DNA of 64,000 nt from Minisyncoccota bacterium (GTDB lineage: Bacteria; Patescibacteriota; Minisyncoccia; JAHIHE01; JAGLIN01), in assembly GCA_041661265.1 (NCBI GenBank), contig JBAZUT010000003.1:143191-207190 (forward strand), written 5' to 3'. The notes under the pieces are model-generated. The model ran no database searches and was not told the DNA's origin. It saw nothing but the letters and a program-made list of their open reading frames with translations. The position numbers were made by a program, and so were the translations under genes. Shown here in pieces: positions 1 through 10,055 of this stretch. Numbering within the stretch: the stretch's first letter is position 1; each line of letters begins with the position of its first letter.

Positions 1-141
1 TCCGTAAATTTGTTCTTTACTCCGATCGAATTCGTTATAACCATCCTAAGTTTTTCGACAATAGTCGGATTCATGACCGGACTCTATCCCGCAAGACGCG
101 CCTCAAGGCTCAATCCACTGGACGCATTACGATATAAATAA
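1..141 (+). CDS. C-terminal fragment of an FtsX/MacB-like ABC transporter permease; the start lies outside the window
   Basis: Frame 1 translates to ...FTPIEFVITILSFSTIVGFMTGLYPARRASRLNPLDALRYK* and stops at 139-141. This matches the conserved FtsX-family C-terminus (PA.RAs.l.P..aLR). Confidence 0.45.
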   Translation, partial: SVNLFFTPIEFVITILSFSTIVGFMTGLYPARRASRLNPLDALRYK

Positions 142-165
142 ATTATCGTTATAAAACAAAAACAA

Positions 166-567
166 ATGAAAAATTCACCAAAAGTAGCGTTAATCGAAGA
201 TGACATCGATCTCTTGGAAATGTTCAAGTTGAAATTAAAGCTGGAAGGCTTTAACACCGTAACGGCAGAGGACGGCGTTGCGGCCATCAAACTCATCCAA
301 GATGAGATACCGGATGTTATCCTGCTCGACATGCTGCTTCCACTGAAAGACGGATTTGAGGTCCTAAGAACAATCAAGGGATCCGGCGACCGAAAGATCA
401 GATCGATACCCATCATCGTAATAACAAACTTATCAAGCGACGAAGATATCTATGAGGCAAAAAAACTGGGAGCGTCGGAATATCTAGTAAAAGTGGACAT
501 AACTCCCGCTGACGTCATATCGAAAATAACAGATATGCTATACAAAAAAAGTAATAAAAAACGATAG
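166..567 (+). CDS. Stand-alone response regulator receiver (CheY-like REC) protein
   Basis: 133 aa. The motifs KVALIEDD, the DVILLDMLLP phospho-acceptor Asp region and a conserved downstream Lys are present. No output domain follows. Confidence 0.8.
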   Translation: MKNSPKVALIEDDIDLLEMFKLKLKLEGFNTVTAEDGVAAIKLIQDEIPDVILLDMLLPLKDGFEVLRTIKGSGDRKIRSIPIIVITNLSSDEDIYEAKKLGASEYLVKVDITPADVISKITDMLYKKSNKKR

Positions 568-613
568 TACATAAATTATCTGAACATTTAATTTATTATA
601 ATAAAACAAAAAT

Positions 614-1249
614 ATGAAAAAATTTAAAAAAGAAGCGTATATCGAGCAATACGAAAAAAACTTGGCGATCTTCGGGCTGTTCGTCTTCATCGTATTTGGT
701 GTGATCTTCATGACCTTTCTCTTGCCAAGCATATACAATATCAAGAACAACCCGAATACAGCGCCTGATAACAACGCATCCGTATCGACATATAATACGA
801 AGCAGAACCTGAACAGCTATAAGTCCGGTTTAGCATCCGCTAAAAACACAAACTACTCTGAGGCTTTGAGCTTCTTCGAAAGCGCCGTTGAAAAAGAGCC
901 GAATAACATAGAATATCTCACGGAGCTTGCGATGACGCATTATCGCTTAAAAAATTATGATAAGTCAACGGAGATCTACAACAGAATAATAAGCCTTGAA
1001 AAAAATAATGTTTTTGCGTATAATAGTATTGGGAACAATTATTGGATCAAAAAGGATTTCACAAACGCGGAAACATCTTTCAGAAAAGCAATACAGATAG
1101 ATCCATATTCGATCCCAAGTTACAGCAATCTTGCGTTAATGCTGGACGAGCTTGGAAGAAAACAGGAAGCGATAAATGTCTTGAGCCAGGGGCTGGCGGC
1201 CAATGAGAACAACTCAGAACTGAAAATATTACTCAGGATCCTGCAATAA
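614..1249 (+). CDS. TPR-repeat protein with an N-terminal transmembrane anchor
   Basis: A hydrophobic helix LAIFGLFVFIVFGVIFMTFLL is followed by repeated TPR-like units of the form A...Y..A..L. Confidence 0.65.
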   Translation: MKKFKKEAYIEQYEKNLAIFGLFVFIVFGVIFMTFLLPSIYNIKNNPNTAPDNNASVSTYNTKQNLNSYKSGLASAKNTNYSEALSFFESAVEKEPNNIEYLTELAMTHYRLKNYDKSTEIYNRIISLEKNNVFAYNSIGNNYWIKKDFTNAETSFRKAIQIDPYSIPSYSNLALMLDELGRKQEAINVLSQGLAANENNSELKILLRILQ

Positions 1250-1393
1250 CGAATGCAGGCGATTCGCGTGATTAGCGGATAGTCAGAAATACAGCATTCG
1301 TTTCACATGAACGGCCGGCTTGGTCTATAATATTCAATGTTTAAAATTCAAACCAAGAAATAATCACTTTTTTCCGTAATTATCAATACAAAA

Positions 1394-3199
1394 ATGACAA
1401 TTCAAAAAAAACAAATAAAGGCGGATATGCTTTTCGAGATGTCGTGGGAAGTATGCAATAAAGTTGGAGGCATCTTTACGGTTTTGAGCTCCAAGGCGAG
1501 GCACATGAAAGAATACTATGATGATAATTACTTCTTGGTCGGTCCATATATCGCAGAATCTACAAGATCATCCTTCAAGGAAGAGTCTGTACCCGAAATA
1601 TACAAAGACAGCTACAACCAATTAAAGGAAAAGGGGATCATCATCCACTTCGGAACTTGGCTTGTAGAAAGCGAACCTCAAGTTATTCTGGTTGACTACA
1701 GAAACTACTGGTCTGCAGTAAATGAGATCAAAAAAGATATATGGGACAACTACGGTCTTGATTCCTTGAATAGTCCTTATGACTTCAATGAACCGGTCCT
1801 ATGGAGCTGGGCTGTGGGAATATTAATGGAGAACATCATGAAGGTCCATTCGAAAAAGACCATTGTTTTGCATGCTCATGAATGGCTTTCGGGCGGAGCG
1901 ATCCTATATTTGAAGAAGAACAAGATAAACGTTGCAACTGTCTTTACGACGCATGCGACAACTCTTGGCAGGACCATAGCCGGGCACGGAGGCGATCTTT
2001 ATTCGATTCTCGATAAAATAAACCCGAGAGATGAGTCATATAAATATGGCGTGAACGCCAAACACGACCTTGAAAAAATAACCGCGCACGCTGCGGATGT
2101 GTTTTCGACAGTAAGCCAGATCACCGCGCTGGAATCGAAGTATATATTGGAGAAAGATGCCGACGTGCTGCTTCCAAACGGCCTTGATATGTCGAAATTC
2201 CATAGTTTTGAAGAACTGACATTGAAACATAATGCCTATAGAACAAAGCTCAGAGAGTTTGTCTTATATTATTTCTACCCATATTACAATATAGATCTGA
2301 AAAACAGCTTGTTCTTCTTTACGGCCAGCAGATACGAATTTCACAATAAAGGCCTGGACATATTCATCGAATCGCTGGGAAGGCTGAACGATAAACTGAA
2401 AAAGGACAAGAGTAAAAAAACCGTCATTACATTCTTCTGGATACCGGCGTCCATAAACAGCATCCGGCAAGACCTCATCGAAGCAAGAGAATCTTTCCAG
2501 GATCTGAAAGATCTACTCGAGGAAAATCAGGAAGAGATCAAAGAAAATCTGTTATATACGCTATCTTCACAGAAAGAGATCAATGAAAAAAATATTATAG
2601 GCAGCGATTCATCCCTGGAACTTAAAAGGAAGATAATGCAGCTTAGATCAAAAAGCGGGAGAGCGCCAGTGTCAACTCACGAATTGATCGACCCGGATAA
2701 CGATCCGATAATGAAAGCGTTCAAGCAGGCAGGCCTTCTTAACAGCGAAGAAGACAGGGTCAAGGTTATTTTTTATCCCATCTATTTGAGCGGTGCGGAC
2801 GGACTTAGCGATCTGGACTACTATCAGAGCATTCAAGCCTGCCATCTTGGAGTATTCCCTTCTTATTATGAACCCTGGGGCTACACCCCGCTCGAGACCG
2901 CGGCGCTCGGCGTCGGTTCCCTGACAAGCAACTTATCCGGATTTGGACGGTACTTTTATGAAAAATTACACGACATTGAATTGCCGGGCATATATATTCT
3001 TGATATAGAAAAAACCAAAAGGGAGGAAATGATGAATACATTCGTCGATATCCTGTATAACTACACCAATCTGGACAAAAGAGGCAGGATCGACAACAAG
3101 ATCCAGGCAAGAAAGGTAGCCTTTATGGCAGATTGGAAGATATTTGCGGAAAATTATATCGACGCCCACAATATGGCGGTTTCAAAAATCAATAAATAA
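1394..3199 (+). CDS. Glycogen synthase of the GT3 (eukaryote/archaeal) type
   Basis: The N-terminus LFEMSWEVCNKVGGIFTVLSSKA...YFLVGPY matches the GT3 glycogen synthase signature (LFExxWEVxNKVGGIYTV). A 601-aa length is typical of prokaryotic GT3 enzymes. Confidence 0.75.
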   Translation: MTIQKKQIKADMLFEMSWEVCNKVGGIFTVLSSKARHMKEYYDDNYFLVGPYIAESTRSSFKEESVPEIYKDSYNQLKEKGIIIHFGTWLVESEPQVILVDYRNYWSAVNEIKKDIWDNYGLDSLNSPYDFNEPVLWSWAVGILMENIMKVHSKKTIVLHAHEWLSGGAILYLKKNKINVATVFTTHATTLGRTIAGHGGDLYSILDKINPRDESYKYGVNAKHDLEKITAHAADVFSTVSQITALESKYILEKDADVLLPNGLDMSKFHSFEELTLKHNAYRTKLREFVLYYFYPYYNIDLKNSLFFFTASRYEFHNKGLDIFIESLGRLNDKLKKDKSKKTVITFFWIPASINSIRQDLIEARESFQDLKDLLEENQEEIKENLLYTLSSQKEINEKNIIGSDSSLELKRKIMQLRSKSGRAPVSTHELIDPDNDPIMKAFKQAGLLNSEEDRVKVIFYPIYLSGADGLSDLDYYQSIQACHLGVFPSYYEPWGYTPLETAALGVGSLTSNLSGFGRYFYEKLHDIELPGIYILDIEKTKREEMMNTFVDILYNYTNLDKRGRIDNKIQARKVAFMADWKIFAENYIDAHNMAVSKINK

Positions 3200-3213
3200 C
3201 TCACGCACAAAAC

Positions 3214-4155
3214 ATGATCGAGCTTCGAAAGGACTATATACTTGACAGATGGAGCTATATTGCGCTTGATCGGGAAAACAGGCTGAAGCAATTTAAGGAA
3301 AGCGGAGACAGCAAGACGGAGGGCGTTTGCTTCTTTTGCCCGGGAAATGAAAACATGACTCCTCCCGAAATTGGCCGGATCGGTACAGCGGATTCGTGGA
3401 AAATAAGATGGTTTCCAAATAAATTTCCAATTACCGAGAGCAGCGTCCAAAGCAATATCGATTTTGGCAAAAAGTTTTTTACAAAAGGAAACGCATTCGG
3501 ATATCATGAGGTGATCGCGGAGACTGCTGACCACAAAAGACAGCTTTGGGATCTTGATGAATCGGAATTATGCGAACTATTAAAAGTATATGGGTCAAGG
3601 ATCCGTGAATTATCGAAAAAAGATGGAGTTAAATATGTCCAGCTGTTTAAAAATAGCGGAAGCGAAGCGGGAACTTCCATTATACATTCGCATACGCAGA
3701 TAGTAACAACAAGCATGATCCCGGAGTCCGTAGTTGAAAAAATAGCAGCCACAAAAAGATTTGAGTCATGTCCATACTGTGAAATCATAGAGATCGAAAA
3801 GAACAGTGAAAGATTCATATATGAAAACGATGATTTTATTGTTTTTGCGCCATTTGCACCGAGATTCAACTATGAAACATGCATATTTCCGAAGAAACAC
3901 TGCAAGGGAATATCCGATCTGCAAGAAAAAGAATATGCAAATTTGGCTTCCGCATTCAAAAAAATCCTATCAAAACTTGCATTACTGAATGCACCATATA
4001 ATTTCTGCCTGCATCATTCTACGGAAAGCGCAGATCTGCATTTTCACTTTGAAATAATGCCGAGACTGAATAAGTGGGCGGGTTTTGAACTGGCTACTGA
4101 TTCATATGTAATTACAGTGTCACCGGAAAATGCAGCTAAGTTTTTTAAAGAATAA
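3214..4155 (+). CDS. galT: Galactose-1-phosphate uridylyltransferase family (GalT-like HIT nucleotidyltransferase)
   Basis: The zinc-site Cys motif CFFCPGNE and the HSHTQI motif, which corresponds to the GalT H-x-H-x-Q active site, are present. Overall architecture resembles E. coli GalT. Confidence 0.65.
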   Translation: MIELRKDYILDRWSYIALDRENRLKQFKESGDSKTEGVCFFCPGNENMTPPEIGRIGTADSWKIRWFPNKFPITESSVQSNIDFGKKFFTKGNAFGYHEVIAETADHKRQLWDLDESELCELLKVYGSRIRELSKKDGVKYVQLFKNSGSEAGTSIIHSHTQIVTTSMIPESVVEKIAATKRFESCPYCEIIEIEKNSERFIYENDDFIVFAPFAPRFNYETCIFPKKHCKGISDLQEKEYANLASAFKKILSKLALLNAPYNFCLHHSTESADLHFHFEIMPRLNKWAGFELATDSYVITVSPENAAKFFKE

Positions 4156-4159
4156 TCGC

Positions 4160-5179
4160 ATGATGAAAAAACCGCTTATATCATTATCCGACATACCCGA
4201 TGCGATCATGGGGCTTTGTCTTATATTCGGAATCGGCTCGGTTTTCGGATTGCTCGTCTTTGCGTCATTCGAGATCGAGAGGACTAAGGTTTTGGAGGCA
4301 AGAGAATCGACATCTCTCGAAGGTGAATACTTCGGGAATAAATTCATACTGGTTAAAACTCCATATAAAAATTCAACGATAAGCAATCCCGCTTATGTTT
4401 CAGGAATGGCCAATGTCTATGAGGCTAACGTCAGAATAAGGATCAAGGAAGAGGGCAATGTGCTCGCAGACACCTTTCTGACCGCCGAGGGAACAGCGGA
4501 TGATCTGTATGACTATAATGGCGATATCATGTTCTCGTTTCCCGAAAAGCCCAATGGCTCGATAGAGATATTTGAAGAAAATCCGAAAAACGGAAAGGAC
4601 ACCTATAAAGTCATTATTCCGGTAGTGTTCGAGGATCACTCTGAACTGATCAAATGGAATGTTTTCAGCGACAGCGCAAATGGATATAGCTTTGAGCATT
4701 CATCCGAACTGACGGTAATTACAAACTCCGAAAAAGAAACGGTAATCTCACACAAAACACCATACAGACACGCTAATTTGTGCATTAATGAAAAGAATAG
4801 GGACATAAACCTAGATGATATTACTGATTTTTATATGTCGATCGGTTATATGAATGATAATGCCCTGAATTCGATCCGCGCAAGTGAAGACATTGCGGAT
4901 CTGAAAGACGAAGGTTTGGAAGCTACCGAATTTGGAGGAAAAAAAGCATATTACATCGACAACACTGAAAGCGGATGCGGAACTACTGATTATTTCATGG
5001 AGCTTTCCAAAGACGAAACGATTATCATCAAAAGGCAAACAGTTCCGGAATTTTCAAAAAACATCGGATCATATTCATCGCTGAAAAATTCTATCATACC
5101 CGCGAACGACATGATATCGCCCTCAAAAAATGATTATATATTCGATCATATCGTATCGTCCATTCGAAGTATTAATTAA
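4160..5179 (+). CDS. Hypothetical membrane-anchored or secreted protein
   Basis: The ORF shows an N-terminal TM/signal helix (IMGLCLIFGIGSVFGLLVFASF) and no recognisable family. The start was moved to the ATGATG at 4160, just after the galT stop, instead of the overlapping 4130. Confidence 0.4.
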   Translation: MMKKPLISLSDIPDAIMGLCLIFGIGSVFGLLVFASFEIERTKVLEARESTSLEGEYFGNKFILVKTPYKNSTISNPAYVSGMANVYEANVRIRIKEEGNVLADTFLTAEGTADDLYDYNGDIMFSFPEKPNGSIEIFEENPKNGKDTYKVIIPVVFEDHSELIKWNVFSDSANGYSFEHSSELTVITNSEKETVISHKTPYRHANLCINEKNRDINLDDITDFYMSIGYMNDNALNSIRASEDIADLKDEGLEATEFGGKKAYYIDNTESGCGTTDYFMELSKDETIIIKRQTVPEFSKNIGSYSSLKNSIIPANDMISPSKNDYIFDHIVSSIRSIN

Positions 5180-5197
5180 TTTTATACAAACAAATAC

Positions 5198-7030
5198 ATG
5201 CAAATAACGCATGAATACAAAAATACAAAAATAGTCAAAAACACCGATGAAAGCACGGGCCTGATCCTTGGAAATGACATGGGTAATTATTATTATATAG
5301 CCAACCAGGATGAAACAAGATATCAGGGGTTTTTTTATTCCGATTGCAAGAATGTCAGAAATGAATTTATGGTGTATAAGATCATCGATTCGATTAATAT
5401 GATCGATTCCGGGAAATTAACCGAGATCAGAAATGGTTTTTTTGAAGTAAGCCGGAAATATGAGAATGGCATCAGTGAAAAATATTTTTTGCCTAATGGC
5501 CATAATGCACTTTGCATCAAGACAAGCAGAACAAGCAAAGCCGAAATAGTGCTTGATATCAGACATCCCTATGATTCCAGGCTAATGGGAAGATTTTATG
5601 AGATTGAAATCAAAAACGATTGCGCTCTCATAAAATTTACGAAACGCAGGGACCAGAACGAAGACGGACTTGCAGATAAAAAGGAATATTCGCTATATCT
5701 TGCCATTAAAACCGACAAAGAAGAATACAAGAGCATAGGCCAATTCTTTTCAAAATACTATCAAAAAGATCACAAACGCAATTCAACTCCTTGGGACAGG
5801 TTTGTTTACAAAGCCGTTGAAATTGAATTCAGGGAAGCGGTTTTGGCAGTCGGAAGAACCCAGAAGGAAGCCATGGACGAGGTTTTGAGAGTTTACAAGA
5901 ATTTCGACAAATTATATGAAAAACAAGCCGACACTGTGCACAAGAAATTAAAGTTTCCGAAGATAAGCGATGAAGAGATAAAGATGGCATATTTGTGCGC
6001 GCAAAACTCCATTTACACAATGCTTGTTGAGGCTAATATGAAAAAGGGAGCATATGCGGGCCTTCCCTGGTTTTTCCAATTTTGGACCCGAGATGAAGCA
6101 ATATCGCTCTTGGAGATCCATAAATTGAAAGAAGATCTTTCACTTGAGATCATAAACAAGCACATCAGGTCGATCACCGGCGACGGGCAATTGCCAAAAC
6201 AAAGATTCTATGGAGCATCGGAAAATGTGCTGAAAAGCGCAGATTCGCTGGGCTGGCTGATGGATCGAATAAAAAAATTAAATGATGCCAAAAAACTTCC
6301 CGAATACCTTAAACTGGAGATCATAGACACGATCGAGAAGGTCATACCCGACCTGATGCAAAAAAGAACGATCGATGATCTTGCCATCAATTATAACAAC
6401 GAAACCTGGATGGACAGTATCGAAAGATCCGGTCAAAGAATTGAGATACAGGCAGGAAGGCTGAAAATATACAAGACCCTATACGAACTGACTCGGAATG
6501 ATCAATATGAAATACTTGAAAGCGAGTTAAGAAAAAAAGTCCTGAGCAAGTTTTATGAAAATGGCATCCTCCTGGATAGCCCTTCCGATAAAACGGCGAG
6601 GCCGAATGCGTTCATAGCGGCCTATTTATATCCCGAACTGCTGTCAAATGAACAATGGGAAACATGCTTTGATAAACTTCTTGAAAGGTTATATCTTCCG
6701 TGGGGAGGCATCTCCACCGTTGATATAAAAAGCGACATGTTCATCGCCCACGACACGGGAGAGAATAGTTTAAGTTATCACAATGGCAACAGCTGGTATT
6801 GGATAAACAACCTTGTTGCGTTAGTTCTGTATAGGATCAATGCCCATAAATATTCCGAATATATAAACTCGATCATGGAAGCTAACACGAAAGATATCCT
6901 CTATGAAGGCATAGCCGGACATCACAGTGAAGTAAGCAGTGCCGAAAAAAAGACATGCTCCGGATGCAATGCGCAATTATGGAGCAGTGCCATGTATCTC
7001 GAGGTTTTTGACGAAATGCTGAACAGCTGA
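5198..7030 (+). CDS. Glycogen debranching enzyme family (amylo-alpha-1,6-glucosidase, GDE_C domain)
   Basis: The motif GLPWFFQFWTRDEAISLLEI matches the GDE_C signature (PWF..WGRDT.ISL). The C-terminal HNGNSWYW region fits an (alpha/alpha)6 barrel. It is adjacent to the glycogen synthase. Confidence 0.65.
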   Translation: MQITHEYKNTKIVKNTDESTGLILGNDMGNYYYIANQDETRYQGFFYSDCKNVRNEFMVYKIIDSINMIDSGKLTEIRNGFFEVSRKYENGISEKYFLPNGHNALCIKTSRTSKAEIVLDIRHPYDSRLMGRFYEIEIKNDCALIKFTKRRDQNEDGLADKKEYSLYLAIKTDKEEYKSIGQFFSKYYQKDHKRNSTPWDRFVYKAVEIEFREAVLAVGRTQKEAMDEVLRVYKNFDKLYEKQADTVHKKLKFPKISDEEIKMAYLCAQNSIYTMLVEANMKKGAYAGLPWFFQFWTRDEAISLLEIHKLKEDLSLEIINKHIRSITGDGQLPKQRFYGASENVLKSADSLGWLMDRIKKLNDAKKLPEYLKLEIIDTIEKVIPDLMQKRTIDDLAINYNNETWMDSIERSGQRIEIQAGRLKIYKTLYELTRNDQYEILESELRKKVLSKFYENGILLDSPSDKTARPNAFIAAYLYPELLSNEQWETCFDKLLERLYLPWGGISTVDIKSDMFIAHDTGENSLSYHNGNSWYWINNLVALVLYRINAHKYSEYINSIMEANTKDILYEGIAGHHSEVSSAEKKTCSGCNAQLWSSAMYLEVFDEMLNS

Positions 7031-7073
7031 TCATGATATGTTGTTTTTGATATTTTATTTTTAACTTTTTGTT

Positions 7074-8261
7074 ATGGTGATGGCGATGAAAAAAAAGCAT
7101 TATTACAAGGCACTAACCGGCGGACAAGCGGTTGCAGTGGCGATGAAGCAGATAAATCCCGACGTGGTTGCGGCATATCCTATCACTCCGCAAACACCTA
7201 TTATCGAAACATTCGCTCAGTTTGTTGCTGATGGAAAAGTGGACACCGAACTCATAGACGTCGAATCCGAACATAGCGCAATGAGCGCCGTTGTCGGCGC
7301 ATCCGCAGCCGGGACAAGGGCCATGACGGCAACTTCTTCCCAGGGACTTGCACTGATGGCTGAAATCGTTTACATTGCTTCCGGATCAAGACTTCCTATC
7401 GTGATGGCTGTTGCAAATCGGGCGCTTTCGGCTCCGATCAATATTCATTGCGATCACACAGATTCCATGTTCCTGCGAGATGCATCATGGATACAGCTAT
7501 ACAGCGAAAATGCCCAGGAGGCATATGACAACACGCTGATCGCAGTCAGACTTTCGGAACATGATGACGTTCAACTGCCGGTTATGGTCATGCAAGACGG
7601 TTTTATTACTTCTCATAGCGTTCAGAATGTCCTTATATTGGATGACGCCAAGGCAAAAAAATTCATCGGACCGTTCAATTCCCATTCGCCCCTGCTTGAT
7701 ATGAAAAAACCCGTTACCATCGGCCCGCTTGACCTGTTTGACTACTTTTTCGAGCACAAATACCAGCAAGCGGAGGCAATGGAAAAAAGCAAAAAAGTAT
7801 TGAAGCAGATAGACAGCGAATATTACAAAATGACAGGAAGAAAGTATGAATTTATAGAAAAATATAAGACGAATGACGCAGACTATATCATAGTCGTATT
7901 GAGTTCAACCGCAGGAACCGCAAAGGTTGTCGTCGACAATCTCCGAAAGGCAAAAAAGAAAGTCGGACTCATCAAGATAAGGTGCATGAGGCCTTTCCCG
8001 AATAACGAGATCGCCAAAGCGCTCTCGGGCGCCAAGGAAGTTGCCGTATTGGACAGGTCTATATCATTTGGAAACTACAGTCCTGTGTTCACAGAGATCA
8101 GATCTTCACTTTACGAAGTTAAGCGCAAACCAAAGCTTTATAACTACATATACGGCCTTGGAGGCAGAAACATAGGACTAAATGATATCGAGAATGTATA
8201 TAATGATTTGATGAAACACAGAAATAATGATAAAATAAAATACATAGGCTTAAGAAAATAA
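7074..8261 (+). CDS. porA: Pyruvate/2-oxoacid:ferredoxin oxidoreductase alpha subunit (PorA)
   Basis: The segment AAYPITPQTPIIE...VESEHSAMSAVVGASAAGTRAMTATSSQGLALM...RLPIVMAVANRALSAPINI is near-colinear with archaeal PorA (about 395 aa). No porB, porD or porG gene is adjacent. Confidence 0.75.
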   Translation: MVMAMKKKHYYKALTGGQAVAVAMKQINPDVVAAYPITPQTPIIETFAQFVADGKVDTELIDVESEHSAMSAVVGASAAGTRAMTATSSQGLALMAEIVYIASGSRLPIVMAVANRALSAPINIHCDHTDSMFLRDASWIQLYSENAQEAYDNTLIAVRLSEHDDVQLPVMVMQDGFITSHSVQNVLILDDAKAKKFIGPFNSHSPLLDMKKPVTIGPLDLFDYFFEHKYQQAEAMEKSKKVLKQIDSEYYKMTGRKYEFIEKYKTNDADYIIVVLSSTAGTAKVVVDNLRKAKKKVGLIKIRCMRPFPNNEIAKALSGAKEVAVLDRSISFGNYSPVFTEIRSSLYEVKRKPKLYNYIYGLGGRNIGLNDIENVYNDLMKHRNNDKIKYIGLRK

Positions 8262-8269
8262 CGAAAACG

Positions 8270-9232
8270 ATGTATAAAAGCATAAACGATCTGGTAATAG
8301 ATACAAAATCGCTGCAGATACAGGGAGCATCAAGTGTGGCAAAAATTGTCATTGACATCCTTTCAGGCAATAAAGACAATCTGTTGAAAAAATCCAAGAC
8401 TAAAGATGAATTCATCGAAAGCATCAAAGATGTGGCATCAAGGCTGGCATTGGCCGAACCGACGCAAACAATGGCTCAAAATATCCTCGGATCTCTTATT
8501 GTTGAACTTCAGGACGACAAGATCGTAAGTCTCGAAACCTGTGTTTCAGCTTTTGACAAAACACTCAGTGATATTGAGAAAAAGATCATCGAGAACGAAA
8601 AAAGATTCATCGAAAACGGAGTTGCGCTTATAAAAAGTCTCTCCAAAAAAAGCCGCACCGCGAACATTCTGACACACTGCCATTCATCGGGCGTCAGGAA
8701 TGTGCTTAAGGCTGCCAATGACGCCGAAGTTCCCTTTAAGGTCTTCAATACCGAGACGAGGCCGGTTTTCCTCGGCAGAGCGACTGCAAAAAAAATGGTT
8801 GACGAAAATATGGATGTCACAATGATAATCGATAGCGCAGCGCCTTTCGTTATAAGCGGAAAAGCCGGAGATAAATTCAAAACCGATGCAGTTCTCCTGG
8901 GTTGCGACACCATGACGATAAACGGCGACGCAGTGAATAAGATAGGAAGTTATGGCATTTCTCTTTCGGCGTATTTTAATAAAGTTCCTCTGTATATCGT
9001 CACAAGCTTGCTTAAGGCGCGAAAGGGTGTTTATAATATACTGGACATTCCGATGGAGATCAGGCCGTGCAGCGAAGTATGGGATGATGCACCCGCCGGA
9101 CTCAATATAATAAATTTAGGGTTCGATGTCATACCCAGTGAATTTATTACCGGCTACATTACGGAATTCGGCATAATAAAGCCCGGTGACATAAAGAACA
9201 CCATTTCAAGAAATTATCCGAGACTATTGTAA
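8270..9232 (+). CDS. eIF-2B alpha/beta/delta-like family protein (ribose-1,5-bisphosphate isomerase or MtnA-like)
   Basis: 320 aa. The motif GCDTMTINGDAVNKIGSYGISLSAYFNKVPLYIV matches the IF-2B family core (GAD.i..nG.v.NKiGT...A..A..vPfyV). Confidence 0.65.
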   Translation: MYKSINDLVIDTKSLQIQGASSVAKIVIDILSGNKDNLLKKSKTKDEFIESIKDVASRLALAEPTQTMAQNILGSLIVELQDDKIVSLETCVSAFDKTLSDIEKKIIENEKRFIENGVALIKSLSKKSRTANILTHCHSSGVRNVLKAANDAEVPFKVFNTETRPVFLGRATAKKMVDENMDVTMIIDSAAPFVISGKAGDKFKTDAVLLGCDTMTINGDAVNKIGSYGISLSAYFNKVPLYIVTSLLKARKGVYNILDIPMEIRPCSEVWDDAPAGLNIINLGFDVIPSEFITGYITEFGIIKPGDIKNTISRNYPRLL

Positions 9233-9257
9233 ATACCGATTAAGACATTATCTCAAT

Positions 9258-9279
9258 AGTCCTTTTCGGGACTATTTTT
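9258..9279 (+). terminator. Rho-independent terminator candidate downstream of the eIF-2B-like gene
   Basis: Hairpin AGTCC-TTTTCG-GGACT followed by ATTTTTA. Confidence 0.45.
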
Positions 9280-9297
9280 AGAACTATAAAAAGACCT

Positions 9298-9981
9298 ATG
9301 CGAAACAACATTTTCATATTGTCGCTCGGAGGATCATTGATAGTGCCCGGTGAGGTAGATCATGAGTTCCTAAAGGCATTTGTCGCGCTGATCCGCAAAA
9401 AAACGCAAACGGGAAATAGGTTTATTATTGTCTGCGGAGGAGGGGGAGTCAACAAGCTCTATAACCAGGCAGCAACCAAAACAAGAGCAATGACCAACGA
9501 CGAACTGGATTGGATCGGTATTTATGCGACCCGATACAACGCGGAATTCATCAGAATTCTTTTTTCGGACCTGGCCTATGGAAAAGTTGCCGCCAACCCT
9601 CACAAAAAATTCAAAACAAAAAAACCGGTGATCATCGGCGCGGGATATATGCCCGGATGGTCAAGCGATTATGATGCAGTATATCTGGCCAAAACATACG
9701 GCGCAAAAACAGTCGTAAACCTATCCAACATAGATTATGCATATGACAAAGACCCGAAAACATTCCCTGATGCGAAAATAATCGAAAACATAAGCTGGAC
9801 CGATTTCAGAAAAATCGTGGGAAATGAGTGGAAACCGAGAATGAACACGCCCTTCGACCCGATCGCAAGCAAAGAAGCGCAAAAGTTAAAACTTAAAGTG
9901 ATCGTGATGAACGGAAAGAATATCTCAAATCTCGAAAATCTAATTGACGGAAAAGATTTCAAAGGCACTATTGTCTCATAA
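9298..9981 (+). CDS. pyrH: Amino-acid-kinase family protein, archaeal-type UMP kinase (PyrH-like)
   Basis: 227 aa. The motifs ILSLGGSLIVPG and IIVCGGGG, plus a C-terminal layout similar to archaeal UMP kinases, support the call. Confidence 0.55.
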   Translation: MRNNIFILSLGGSLIVPGEVDHEFLKAFVALIRKKTQTGNRFIIVCGGGGVNKLYNQAATKTRAMTNDELDWIGIYATRYNAEFIRILFSDLAYGKVAANPHKKFKTKKPVIIGAGYMPGWSSDYDAVYLAKTYGAKTVVNLSNIDYAYDKDPKTFPDAKIIENISWTDFRKIVGNEWKPRMNTPFDPIASKEAQKLKLKVIVMNGKNISNLENLIDGKDFKGTIVS

Positions 9982-10055
9982 TTGTTGGTTTTTGCCCTGC
10001 ATTGAACTATTCTGAACATATAATATAACGCGCATCCTAGTAAAAATTATCGCAT

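Noticed and set aside
84-416. 110-aa minus ORF
   Set aside because: It lies antisense to the well-supported response-regulator gene 166..567.
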